A stretch of 64,000 nucleotides of DNA from Catajapyx aquilonaris (lineage: Eukaryota): contig KZ538359.1 in assembly GCA_000934665.2 (NCBI GenBank), forward strand, positions 1-64,000, given 5' to 3'. This document shows, piece by piece, positions 1 to 13,400 of the stretch (the first letter of the stretch is position 1; each line of letters starts with the position of its first letter). The position numbers and the translations under genes are program-made. The notes below the pieces were generated by a model, which saw nothing but the letters and a program-made list of their open reading frames with translations, searched no databases and had not been told where the DNA came from.

Positions 1-8
1 TACTGTAG

Positions 9-97
9 GCCGCAGGCCTAGAAAAGAGCGAGCGAAGCGAGCGGTTTTCTAGGCCAGCGCCCTAGGAAAATACGAGCGGAGCGAGGGTTTTCCTAGT
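9..97 (+). mobile_element. Helitron-like 3' terminus; related copy on the minus strand at about 58144-58215
   Basis: CCGCAGGCCT…CGAGCG(A/G)AGCGAG…TTTT(C)CTAG motif, ending CTAG-T; the same motif order appears reversed at 58144-58215. Confidence 0.5.
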
Positions 98-161
98 AGT
101 TCTGTTTAAACTGATGGAAGATAGAGGTATAAAATTAATGGTCCACTTTTCCCTCACTTGG

Positions 162-276
162 ACTGCCAGGGATGTGGACAGTGCACTATATAGTGCACTG
201 TCCACATCCCTGGCAGTGAGAATCAATTGAGCACTCACAAAGTATATACTTTGTGAGTGCTCAATTGATTCTCACT
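162..276. repeat. two abutting perfect palindromes (162-217, 56 bp; 215-276, 62 bp)
   Basis: Arms are exact reverse complements; each palindrome is centred on TATATA. Confidence 0.9.
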
Positions 277-3200
277 ACAATAAAGAGAAGCTAACCTGAT
301 GACATTGTGACCTTTCTGTGACCCTTTTTATGTCCGCCAACAATAAGGAATGCACAGGAGAGAATGGACCGGTGTCCAAAAATGGCACTGAAAAAAAGCA
401 TTATGAAAATATTGTCAACAATGGAAACGGCCTTGTGACAATTACTATTCTCACACGAAGCAGGTTAATAAACCGAGGTCACAGGATGACCTGGAATGAA
501 AGGGTGAATAATAAAGAGGAGCAAATGAATGGCAAAGAATGTGAGTTGCAATCAATCTATTGCTCAAAATGTTTTCCATTGTGTGTCAATACGATTCAAC
601 AACTTCCCCTTCTAAAAACTCACTGTCAACAAAATACACAACTTCTTCTTTTCTTCTTCTTCTTCTTCATTTCTTCTTCTTTCTTCTTCTGTCGCTAAGA
701 CATTTCTGTACTCACGTAGTTTGCACCATCACAACAGCGTGTGTGCAGTGGCGTGATTATACTTTTTTTTTTAAATCATTATTTTTTTTAAACCTCGTCT
801 CCATCTCTTACAGGAATTGCAACAATATAGCATTAAAAGGTGTGAATGAAATTGTTCTTCTCTTTTTTAAAAACTTTTCTCATCTTCACAGGGCCATCGC
901 TCTCCTCGTTCCCTACCCTAACTCTTTCACTTTTACCCCCCACAAATTTCAACAATGCTCGACGGGCAAACACCCCAGGCACATGACAACAACAGGCCCA
1001 TAGCACAAGCTATTCACCAAAATTAAAAAATCAACTTTGCAGTAAGAAATATCAGTAGGAATGTTTTCTCTTTTTGACGTCTCTCTTTTTTTTAAGCTAG
1101 TACATGACCGTATAACCCAAGGTCTACAATGAACCAGGGGGAAAAAATACGTGTTGGGTGTTGGGCATTATTAACAATGGACTTTGGTGGGATTGGGAAC
1201 AATAATAATAATTGTACATTATGTGGTTATAATTAATGACTATATAGTAATGGAAAATAATGCGAGTCTGATGATGAGGTGAAAAACATAAGGAGATTAA
1301 TAATTAATAAGATTGTGCTAGCTGACGAAGCGAATAAAAGCCTCTCTCTTCGAATCGACATGTTTTTTTTCGAATAAATTTCGAATATATATTTTATTTT
1401 AAAGACCTCGTATTATTTTTCTCTCCCCCCTCCCTATATCCCAACCCGCTCGACCAGAATTTGAAAACCCAACAACATATCACCATTATCATTATTATTA
1501 TAATTTTTTTAAAATAACGCCTATGACTTTTTCTGCTAACAGGAAAATTTAGTTTATCTACAGTGAAGAATATACATTGCATGGTGATTTATACAATTGT
1601 ATGTACAATGTAATTTACAATGTAAAAGTAACAAATGCTGGCATTTTACTTATATTGTATTTAATATATTAATATTAATATTTAGTTTATCTGGTATAAT
1701 TTTTTTGTGTGTGTGTGTGTGTGTGTTAGTAACCTCGTGCTTTTTACCAGCTCTTGAAAATGCACCAGTCGTAACGAACGTACTCTTATCAAAATCTGAG
1801 CTATTTAAGGTACATTTCGAATAAAGACGCAATAAGTTTGCGGGTGGAAAAATAATAATAATTATAATGAAACGGGTGCCATTCGATCACAGCAGGAATT
1901 ATTCACACACATCCATACGCAATCACGCACGCAATTAAAAATTATTAAACACGGGGGAAAAAATTAACGTGAATAGTGCACAGTGGACATGACTCAAAAA
2001 TTATGCAAAAAATGATGTTGTAATCACTTCCAAATGAAGCTGAAATATTATAAAAGAAATGACTCAATGGACACGCGCACTTTTTATGATGTCTAGTTGC
2101 AAACTTGAGTCAATTTCCGAAATAAAAACTGGTCACTGTGCGTCAGAGTATACTGTACGTCAATATATCGAAAAACACAATAACAACGAATATGACTCCA
2201 CAATTTCTTCAGAAAAAAACAGGTTCTACGTCAAAATGAGGTGAGAAGTGTGGAGGAAATTCACAGAGGGAAACAAATTAATCTTTTTATGCAAATGAAT
2301 TGCACAATGCGTCATATGTTGCACTAAGAATGAATAAAAAGTGCAATGCTTCAAATTGTCGCGTGACAAATACCCTCTGTGAACTCCTATTTTTGGAACG
2401 AACATGTGCTCTTAGGATTTTTAAAAAAATGGTGTAACGATACACTGATATAATAAATTTCGGCTTTGTTTAAAAAAACAAACAGAGTAAATAACAAGGA
2501 AGGAAAATAGTAGACCACATGTAATTCACAGCCACGGTGCGAACAAATTTGGCGCGAAAACTGAAAAAAACTTATATCTCTTTTTTTTTTGATTGAACCA
2601 AATCAATCCAATCAATCGACACACGCAAATATTCACTCCCACCGTCGGTTTTTTTTGGCAGCCACCATCACAATATTATATAGAAGAGAGCAGGACCGAA
2701 CCAAAAAAAATATAAACAACCATCGTGTGATAAACATGGTACGAAATTACAATAACGATCAATATTGGAGTACAAATTATACTTTTTTTTTTCTTTTGTT
2801 GAAACAATTAGGATCCAGAGGATCCCAGTCAACGAATTTAAAGAGGTACAATGAGAGTAAAGCACCACAAAGTATGTCACAAAAAACACTCGTGTTTTTT
2901 TTCCCTTTTGTATATCTTCCTCCGTACTGTTGGCATAACGGGAAATACTGTAGTTTAGTAGTAGTAGTTAGGAGAAATTAGTGAGACTTCACAGCTTTTG
3001 TCCTTTTTTTAAAAATCCGGGTGTGACTGTGTCGAAAACCTCTCCTGATATGTACCGTATTTTTTTTCTTCTCCCATCTTCTCCATATAATTGTCCTCTA
3101 CACAATGTAGAACCGGAGAGAGACGGAAGAGACTCCCAAAAACAAATTTAAAAGAAAGAAGAAAAAAAGGCGACCTCACCCAATGTCCACACAGGGGTCA

Positions 3201-3386
3201 ACCTGTCCATTTGACCCGCACTGCAAAAATTATTTTTTTTGTCCCAGTGACCCTAACAAAGCTACGTCCAAAAACCTGATGGTGGCACAATATGTAACAA
3301 TATAATTTTTTTTTTTGTTGAAAAGTCAATCAGTCAGTCAGTCATTGACGAGAAGTCTTGTAGCGACCCTCGGACCCAGCTCCTTA

Positions 3387-3396
3387 TTTATTTATT
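3387..3396 (-). promoter_or_regulatory. possible polyadenylation signals (overlapping AATAAA); another at 1393-1398
   Basis: Hexamer match only, about 1 kb past the stop, in AT-rich DNA. Confidence 0.2.
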
Positions 3397-4343
3397 ATTT
3401 TTTGAAGTTTAAAAAGAAATAAATTTGTATTCAGCGGAACCCCCTTTCCAAACTTAGCAGTCCTGTGTTGTGATTACTAGATCTCCTCCTTGATTTCTTC
3501 ACCCCCCTTTGGAACCCTCCGCTGTGTTTGAGTGCGTGTGTCGCGTGACCTCATAATGTCAAAAAGGTCAGTTATAAAGTGGGAAGTGACCTTCCTCGTG
3601 TCCTCATGTCGGTGGTACGTCGTTTACAAAAGCTCCTGGCTCAAGTGTGCTGTGCGATGCATGCAAACGTGTGTCAAAATTGGGGGGCGTATAAAGTGCC
3701 TCTTTGTTGTACTGTGTAGGTTCACACGTTGTCTTTCGTCGTTTCAGACAAAGGGACGATCCAACCGTCAGCACTCCCGATTGAATTTTTAACGAGCGCA
3801 CATGACAAGAGCTGTAAAGTGGGTGTACTGCGCTGAACGTATTTCCAACGCTAGGGTTGGTAGTTTGCGACGTTGCCAAGGCTCTGGTGTGAATTATTTT
3901 GTAGCTCCTGCGCGAGTGAGGCTATTATAGCAAGGTTTGCTAGAGTCCTGATGATTGCATAGTGCTAGTGTTTGTCCGAAACAATTTTTTAAACTGGAGC
4001 AACAGACGAAAGACAAAACGACCGTGTGAACCATCCTTAATCCATTCAACAAATTGCTTGCTAACCATCTGATATCAAAAAACCTGAGCAATAAAAATTA
4101 CGGAGCGTGACATCCACCGTCATGTCGAGAAAAATGAAACTCCCGCGATACAAAAAATGGTGTCGATAGTGTGTCGTGTTTTGCACAGAGTAGTGCGGTT
4201 GATTGTTGTGTTTTTATCCCGACGATTGCGGCGATGATGAGAGGGGGAAAGGGGGGTTGGAGGAGTCCAGCAAAAGACTAAAAAGTGTGGTGTTTGATAG
4301 GTGGGGGTTTTTTTTTTGGTGGTATTTTTTGGTTGGTGGTTGG

Positions 4344-4391
4344 CTAAATGTAGGAGTAAGGGCCGTCGGTGAGGGCGCTACACAGCAGGAG
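4344..4391 (-). CDS. slo: candidate stop-readthrough extension (LLLCSALTDGPYSYI*)
   Basis: TGA-C stop context; 15 in-frame codons, mostly C/G-ending, then TAG; low-complexity sequence follows. Confidence 0.6.
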   Translation of the reverse strand, partial: LLLCSALTDGPYSYI

Positions 4392-4472
4392 TCAAGAGTT
4401 GTCGTCCTTTCCTCTCTCGCCTCGGTTCGGCTTGTATTCCAGGCCAGGGTCGAACTGCAGCAGGACAAACAC
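4392..4472 (-). CDS. slo: slo terminal coding exon ([26 protein letters not shown])
   Basis: TTTTGCAG acceptor; 81 nt ending in TGA. Confidence 0.93.
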   Translation of the reverse strand: MFVLLQFDPGLEYKPNRGERGKDDNS

Positions 4473-7400
4473 CTGCAAAATCGACAAGTGATAGTGAACA
4501 AGTCGGGGGTGACATTCAATCGGGTTGCACCACCACCAGGAAAACTTTCCGGCTGGAAATGAGCCAGAAAAGTCATCAAAAAACTGGCTTCTTCTCTGCG
4601 GAATATTTGTGACAACTGTCCTGGCTCTTTTCCGACCGGAAAGTTTTTCAGGAAATATTCCGGCCGGAAAAGAGCCAGGAAAGTTGGTCGACAATCTGGA
4701 TTCTTCTCCTGCGGAAAAAATTTGACAACTTTTCTGGCTCTTTTCCTGCCGGAAAGTTTTTCAGGGAATATTCCGGTCGGAAAAGAGCCAGGAAAGTTGG
4801 TCGACAATTTGGCATATTCTCCAGCATGATATATTGGCAACTGTCCAGGCTCTTTTCCTGCCGGAAAGTTTTCCAGGGAATATTCCGGCCGGAAAAGAGC
4901 CAGGAAAGTTTGTCGACAGTCTGGCTTTTTCTGCGGAAAATTTTTGACAACTTTTCTGGCTCTTCTCCGGCCGGAAAGTTTTCCAGTGAACATTCCGGCC
5001 GGAAAAGAGCCAGGAAAGTTTGTAGACAATCTGGCTTTTTCTCCTGCGGAAAAATTTGACAACTTTTCTGGCTCTTTTCCGGCCGGAAAGTTTTCCAGTG
5101 AACATTCCGGCCGGAAAAGAGCCAGGAAAGTTTGTCGACAATCTGGCTTTTTCTCCTGCGGAAAAATTTGACAACTTTTCTGGCTCTTTTCCGGCCGGAA
5201 AGTTTTTCAGGGAATATTCCGGCCGGAAAAGAGCCGGGAAAGTTGGTCGACAATCTGGATTCTTCTCCTGCAGGGCATTTTTGCAATTTCCAGGCGCTTT
5301 TCAGGCCTGAATTTACCCTGGAAATACTTTCAGGCTGGAAAAGAGCCTGGAAAGTTGCCAAAAATCGTCATGCTGGAGAAGATGCCAAATTGTTCCTACC
5401 GGAAAAGAGCCAGAAAATGTGTATCCATCAGAATAATTTGGCAATTTTTCTGGCCCTTTTCCGACAGGACTAACACTTTACCCTAGAAAGCCTTCCGGCC
5501 GGAAAAGAGCCAGGGAAATTGTCGACAATCTGGCCCTATTCTTCAGCAGGATAATTTGACAAATTTTGTGGCTCTTTTACGGCGGGAATATTTCCTGGGA
5601 AAACTATCTGGCAGAAAAAGAGCCAGAAAAATTGGCGAAATATCCTGCTGGAGAAGAAGCCAGATATTCGACAACCTTTCTGGCTCTTTTCCGCCCGAAA
5701 CCTTTCCTGGGAAAACTTTCCGGTCAGAAAAGAGACAGGAAAGTTGTCAAAAATCTGGCCTCTTTTCCAGGCGGCAGTTCTTCTGACTCCTTTCCATCCG
5801 GAATTTGTCCTGGAAAAACTTTCCGGCCGGAAAACAGCCAGAAAAGTTTTCGCCATTCTGGCCCTTTCGCCAGTAGGACATTTTGACCACTTTTCTGGCT
5901 CTTTTTCGGTCGAATTTTTCCTGGAAAAACTTTTCGGCCGGAAAACAACCAGGAAAGTTTTCGCCATTCTGGCCCCTTCGCCAGTAGGACATTTTGACCG
6001 CTTTTCTGGCTCTTTTTCGGTCGAATTTTTCATGGAAAAACTTTTCGGCCGGAAAACAGCCAGGAAAGTGTTCGCCATTCTGACCCCTTCGCCAGTAGGA
6101 CATTTTTCTGGCTCTTTTTCGGCCGGATTTTTCCTGGAAAAACCTCCCATAAGTCAGAAGAGAGCTAGAAAAGTTCTCGACAATCTGCCTTCTTCTCCAG
6201 CCGGACGTTTTGACCACTTTTCTGGCTCTTTTTCGGCCGAATTTGTTTCCCTGATTATGGTGCAACCTCTGATGTAATACTTGGGTGTAGTACCTGGTCT
6301 GTGGGCAGCAAGGAGAAGTCGTCAGGCGGATTGGTGATGACGTACCTCTTGGACGAAGCGTCCGCGGAGGAACTGGTGTCCCTGAACCTAAACAGAACTC
6401 TGTGACAGAGAGTGTGTCCCAAGCTCCACTTCCACACAACTAAAAAGTAGTATAGAGTCCCCCCCTATGTATCCAGACCTGTACAATCCGATGCACAGCA
6501 TCCCGTAGGACTTGAGCGCAGCCACGAACAGGTCGCCGTACTTCCCTCCTTCGCCGTACTGGGCTAAGGGACCCTCGTACAATGTTATCTGTCCCACTCG
6601 ACACCGGTCGCGATTCGACAGAGTCTCGGGCGTGCTGTGGATCAAAATGATTCCTTTTAGCCACATAAGTACTAACAGAAGTGCAGACAGTACGTACCTG
6701 TATCCACCTCTGAGACCAGCTCCTTCTGCCAGAATAAGCTCCAGTTCTGGCGTGGCTCCTCCGGTGATCAGAGACCTGATCAGCGTCAAGGCGTTCTGGT
6801 TGAAGTAGGTCTGTACAAAAAAACGGTATGGAAGAGGTAACATACTGCATACTGACTGCTCAAAGTGTATGGACATACCGTGGACATGAGGGAATCGAGC
6901 ACACTGACTGCGAAGGCTGTACCGCAGGCGAAAGGCTGTGTGAGGTACAGCTCCGTGTCTGGATCGTCGTCGTCGTCCTGGTCCAGAAACTGCACGTTTC
7001 CGTCGTTGACCAGCTCCGTTATCATGGGAACATTGGCTCCGTACACAGACCCACGTCTCTGGAGGACAATCGGACTTCCCATAGGACTCAGGTTATCCGT
7101 CTCGTTGCCCTCTCCTGGAAAAATCGAGTTTGTTGACAGCATATATTTTGTGGTGAAGCCAATAAAGCAGAGTCTTACCCTGATTGAGCACACCGATAGT
7201 GTCATCAAAGGTCATGGCCTTGATGTTGAGCGAGGCCAGAATGGCCTCTTTGTCTGCCAGCGTCGGGTCGTCGTTGCTGGGCACCTTTGCAGACAGGATG
7301 ACACACATGTCGCACAGGTTCACGTTCACCGCCCTCAGGTCGGCTCGGCTTAGCGGAGATCCCTACAGATCCGAATCAAATCGTTTAACCAAGTGTGACC

Positions 7401-10400
7401 TATGCGCACCCACATTCGCGCAGAATGCACGGTTGGCACTAGCATTTTTGTAATAGAAATTTGGACTTACGTTGAGCACCGATATTTTTGGCAGGTTCTG
7501 GAGCATCTTCCACTCCCTTCGGATGTAGTCGACTGATCCGACGATGACGACGTGCTTGAGCTCGTGGTAGTGGAAGTTCGAGGCCCTCAAAGGCATCACC
7601 AGGTTTCGGAGGCCGATCAGGGGCGAGTCCGGGTCAGCGAACAGACACACAACAACGTGTCCGTTCAAGACAGTCATCGCCGCCTGGTTGCGATCCTGAT
7701 TGACATAGACCAAAAGATGTCAGTGTTTGAGCAAGCACACGATGATGCGAGTGTCCACTCACCAGTATGCACTCATCGATGGACCTGGCAGGACACCAGT
7801 GGAACATCCCCGTCGAGTCGTACTTCATCTCTGTCCTCTCGAAGTCGAAGTCCTTCGCCTGGTCGTCAGCTATCCCCACTGTGATTCCGTTGTTGGCCTG
7901 TCCGTTGCTTCCAGTCCCACGGCTGGTCGGCCTTCAACGAGGGAATAGACAAAAACCATTGACGAGGGCGGCCCCGGGGCCAGACTCGTCTCCCAATACT
8001 CCCTTCTCCAACCCCGCCTCCCCCAGAAAACGAGCCAACAACAGGCGATTTGGCCAAAAATATGAAGTTACTTGACTTGCAGGACAATCAGAGCCAAACA
8101 TTTATTATAACAACGCAGTACTTCTAACTACAGAAACACGCTTTTAAAACGCCTCTACAATCTTATATAATGATAATAGGGCAAAGTTTGTCTGTATGTC
8201 CCATTTCCCTCTATCGCCCAACTCTGCCATAGCAACGAAATAGCAATGAAATTCCTTAGTTTATTATATAAAGCAGAAAGTTTGTCCGTTTGTACATCCC
8301 GGATACCTAACCCACTTTCAGACTACTGAGAGTATACTGAAACTTGGCACGTCCGAAAACGGAACTCTGATCGTTTTGCATTTCAAGTCTTCTGATGTCA
8401 CGCGGGGTGATGAGATATAAAGTGATTTAGTGCTTCTTTTTTAATTATATGGAGGAAAAAAATTGGAGGCGGGCGGAGGAGAGGAGAGACCTCATCCTGT
8501 AGGGTCTGTACTCCGTCTCCTTGCACACTCTGTACATTACAATCAAGGTTATATTGTTTTGATTGTTGGAAAGTGGGAGGAAAGGGGGGGGGGGATAATG
8601 CTGCACACAACAATCGGTGTCCGCCAACTCTCAATAAGTCTCATCCTTGTCACGCATTAAACATGCCACTCACCTTGGACGCGCTGGGGATTCGCCAAAT
8701 TTTTTGCATTAAAACTTTAATTAGCAAAATTAACAAGATCTCTTCAACCCCATCTACATGTAAATGCAAACGTATAACAATTCGATATGTTTTGTTCACT
8801 TGATTTCAACTACATTTTTGGATTGCAGGTCATTAATATTTATGCTAATAATAATTAATTGAACAGATATGTCGCCTCCATATGTAATTATGTGATAGTT
8901 CAACAAACAAACTTACATTTTTCTTCACCTACAAATATTTTCACATTAAATCCATGACTATAACAGTGAGTCCAAAATGGTGCTTCTCGTGACTATAGGC
9001 TTCGTTTGGTTACATGGCACCTACAAGTGTAGGAACTTGAAATAAGCGAATCTCAAGCGTGTTCCTCACTAATTAAATTTGAAATTAAAGCAGTGTTGGT
9101 AGCAGTGGGGGGGGATTAAAAAGGGTGTTCAAATGACGCAAGATGGACGACTCCCTTCTGCGGGACTTTTTTTTTAAAGAGTACAGAGTATAGTTGGGCA
9201 AATAGCATAGAGTGAACTTAATGCGTGAGAGGGTGAAAAAAAGGTGCGAGTTGGAGGCTTCTGGTTGTGCTTTTGGGCAGACCATCCCTGACCATGCCGG
9301 AGGTCAAAAGGTCGTGGAAGGTAGGGATGGCTAGGTGGTAAGAGATATTCACTCACAGGCAATGGTTATGGACATCGACTAATAGCTAACACTCAGGCAC
9401 GTGTACGACACATACACAACGGGGGGGGGGCCATTTCTCATCATTTTTTTGAGGGGGGTACATTTAAAAGGGGGTTCACAGGTCACATCTTTGGTCCACA
9501 TGAAAAATTATGTTATTGAGATTGACTGCTGGTCTGAGACACTATTTTATCTGGTCCTGTGAACCCCCATCAACTTTCATAATCCTACGACTAATTTGGG
9601 ATGACTGTCCACTAACATCTGACTGGAGGGAGGGGGGGGATAGAAAACTAAGATTTTGGTGTCCTAAGAACATTGTCCACAATAAAAATTTGCTATGACA
9701 AAATAAAAACCATAAGGCACGATGAAGTGGGGGCGTGCCCTATACACGAACTGGAGGTTTTTGGAGAGTGGTTTTTTTGAGGAAGGGGAAAAAGGCAAGA
9801 GAAAAGAGAAGACCAGAAAAAAAGTATATAGAGTGAGACATGGTGATTTTTGGTATAAGAGGAGCGTGAAGAAACACGGACTCATGCACAGAGAGATAGA
9901 TAGATAGATAGATAGAGATGGTATATACGCCTACGGCCACAAGCCAGGCAAGAGGCCAACATAGCAACACACCGACCAAGCAAAAGAGAGTCCGTCGGGG
10001 GATGATGTCGTTGGAAGAAAAAACATACATGAGTTTTTTGACCTCATAGGCTAGATGATAGCCAGGGAAGGAGTTGTCCTCCTGCGTCCTGCAACGACAC
10101 GGAGAAAATTCGGAAGGTTTGCCAAGTGAGAGGAAAATCATAAAAAAAAAATTAAATGTAAAACGGAGCAGCGTGTGTTTTTCTTGGCTGTGAGTTCAAT
10201 TTCTTTAAAAAAAATATTGCTTTCTCTCAGACTCACTCATTTTTTTTGGTGGAGAGGGCAAAAGGATGTGGAGTCATCACACTCTCTAACGTCTGGATTT
10301 GTAATGATTTGCATTATCAATCACAATGTTCCAATCATGTTACTACAAAAAAACACGATCGGAACACATAAGCATTTGTGAATGTGTCTACAGCAGATTT

Positions 10401-13400
10401 TCACTCGGATTCGAGCGAAAAAAAACCAATCAAATTGAGCGAATTGAAATTAGAGTAATTTTCCACTCTATTAGAGTTAAGGTAGTGAAATTCACTAAAA
10501 AAAGCATTTTGCGAAATTTCTCATTTTTTAAAAGTAAAATCTTCACTCGAAATTTTTTAGATACCTTGCAACTGCTTCAGTGATAGCAGGACTCATCAAT
10601 ATTAAAATAATTAGAGCAGAATATTAATGGTTTAAAAAAAAATCAATCAGTCAGATGAATCGTACTCATTTTGATATGATTTCAAGAGAAATGTTTGCAC
10701 AGTGCTACATCCTGGAGAACTCGCCAATATTTTGATATTATTGTACAATTTTTTTCTAATCCAGACTGCGATGGGATTGTTGGAGTGTATAGGATACTTA
10801 GGTGTATTTGTGTGGATTATGCGGGTTGTTTGTTAAAAGGATGAATAAGACAAGAAGAGCGGTATAGGAGTGCGAGATTGTGCAGACGGACAGACGGCGG
10901 TGCTGAGTCCAGGCCACCTCACAACCTCAAGCAGAAAAAGGAAAAAAAAAAATTTGGAGGGAGAAAAAAATAAAAATAAAGAGTAGTGCAAACCAAGGAG
11001 CATTGTATACAATATTGAAGCTTGTCCCCTGCAAAGGCTGCTCATCATCAAAGATCCTTCCATCTTCCTATACATTGCTCGAGAAATTGCATTTTTTTAA
11101 AATATTTTTCCTGGACAAAAGGGATCAAACATAGGGATATATTTTTTAGTTACAGTTCGTGCCACACGAAGAGCTGTGTTAGGCTACAAATTGTTAGTAA
11201 TAATGGAGAAGGCAATGAATGAGCGATGGGCACTTACAAAAACATGTACTGCAGAGAGAAAGGGGGGGGGGGGTACATATGATATCGTAATCCAACCTTT
11301 TCGTTCCAAATTTTTCATGCCAAAAGTGGATAAAATCCAGATGAACCTCATACTAATTCAGGTATATTCAAATTTTTACACAAAAAAATTGCATCGCCAC
11401 CGTTGCCATTTGTCAGCAACTTAACATAATTAACAATTACAAATTATTTTTATTCGAAATGAACAAAGTCGTATAAACTTGTGCAATTATAGATTTTTTG
11501 CCAGAATTGAACCAGTATTGCAGTTATTATAGACAGTATGATCATATTTCACTTTATTTCCGCCCGTAATGTAACCTACCAATTACTGGTCTACTATTAT
11601 GCGATCCACGAGTCCTGGCCTGTTAGGCTCCACCCACCTCCTCCCAACGTCAGCGGCGGAAGAAATCCAGGCCTGGAATGCTCGTGATTCTCGCGAGTAG
11701 GAGCCGGTTCGGTCTCAACAAGGGATAGGTGGTTCGTCGTATTTCCAGGCCTGGTTGTCCCCCCCCCCCNNTGCTGCCAAGTGCTCTCCCCATCCTCCTG
11801 GCAGGCGTGTGAGGCCATGGAGGACGCGGATGTGGCAACCTCGCCTTTAGAGGGCGGAGGACGGGGGAGGAGCCTAACAGGCCAGGACTCGTGAATCGCA
11901 TAATAAGGTCCCCTATGGAATTTAAAACATGGACAGTAATTTCATGTTTGGGACTTCGTGACTAATAATTTCTTAATTTGGCTATACGTTTGATTCTTAA
12001 AAATTGAACAAGTGCAATGAGAGCCACTATAGGAGATTTATCTCGGGGAATATAGTAGAGAAAAATGTGTTTGTGCTTTTTTGGGGGGGACGGATTTAAA
12101 CACTATTTTTCTGGCTCACCTCGGTGAATTTCCAGGAGGTTCTTGGCCGTTTCTAGTGTTGTTCTGCTTCGGCTTGGTGTTGACCTGCTTGCTGGCGTTG
12201 AGCATTGCTGGCGGGGGTTGGGATCCTCCTCTCTGGTTGTGCTGCATGCTCACTGCGAAAGAAAACAAAACACCGCCTTTCAAAGACCATGCACAATGCA
12301 AAGTGCGACGCCTCATCTTCATAATAATCAACACAGGTCTTGGCCGCTGCTGTAATGTCAACAATTAGAGCGTGTTCGCATGCTGGTGCTGCTCATGCGA
12401 AGCAAGCCTTTGTTTTTTTTTATATATAATTGACAGCGGTCTGTGCGGTTCAGATTTTGGCGAGTAGATGATCGACCGTTAGGATAACGAGGTAATTGGA
12501 TAGGTACACAAACCCCGCACCAAAAAAAAGTACGACAACAATACTACACTGTACAATTACTATTCTACTGCAGCTAACAATGATCTAACACTGTAGCGAC
12601 AGACATACACCGACATGGGGACTTACGGGCGTTCTCCTTATCCCTATTATGCTCGCCTGTGTAGAACGAAAGAGCGGAAAGAAACAGTGCGTTAGGAGCT
12701 GATCACCAATTATTTGAACCATCCAACAACAACATCCAACAAACAACAAACAACAACAATGGCTACCCCTCATCATCACTGTCAACAAAGAAACTCTGCC
12801 ATTCCCTCTCAAAACAGGGAAGGAAGCGAGAAGAGGATTTCAAAGGGACGATAAGTAATAAGTGTAAACTGGCCCAAGGACATGTCCAGGTTTTGCAAAC
12901 AAAGGTTTTGTTGCACAATAATGAAAATCTAAAGTTCCTGGCTCTCATCACTTTAACAGTGTGAAATATTCCGCTATAGAGGCTATCACTATGAGGCGAA
13001 ATTCAGAGACGCTAACTTAAACGGTCCGTCTAAAATAATTAACTTCACCTGATGAATATTGTGAAATGGTGTTTTAAAAGGATTAAATCCGATGACGCCA
13101 GAAAAGTCAATTTTTGTACGGATTTAAACCTCGCGTCAAATTAATAATTTAAATTAATAAGCAGCATGGGTCGTGTTAAACGGTGTGTTTAGGCATGACG
13201 ACTCTGAATAGCCCCTCTATAGACATATCGTCCTGAGTACACTACGAGCAAGGCTTTTCCTGCCCATCAAACTACTTGCTACAAAGAATCTACCGTATAT
13301 TGCTATAATAAAGTATAGCAGATGAGGCAACAACAATAATATACAGGTGCTAATACAGGCAGGGTGTATAACACTATTTAAAAAGGGATTGAAGGGTATA

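Noticed and set aside
4536..6245. CRISPR-like appearance of palindromic repeats
   Set aside because: The intervening sequences are repeated rather than unique spacers, there are no cas genes, and the locus is a eukaryotic intron.
4214..6439. Long overlapping ORFs (up to 282 aa) on both strands
   Set aside because: They are translations of the stop-poor intronic satellite; the peptides just repeat its unit.
12253..12364. Upstream ORF extension (…[10 protein letters not shown]…) that superficially recalls STREX
   Set aside because: No acceptor in the required phase; a strong acceptor exists at 12252.
13043..13085. CTGATGA…GAAA hammerhead-like core
   Set aside because: Stems I and III cannot be formed from the flanking sequence.
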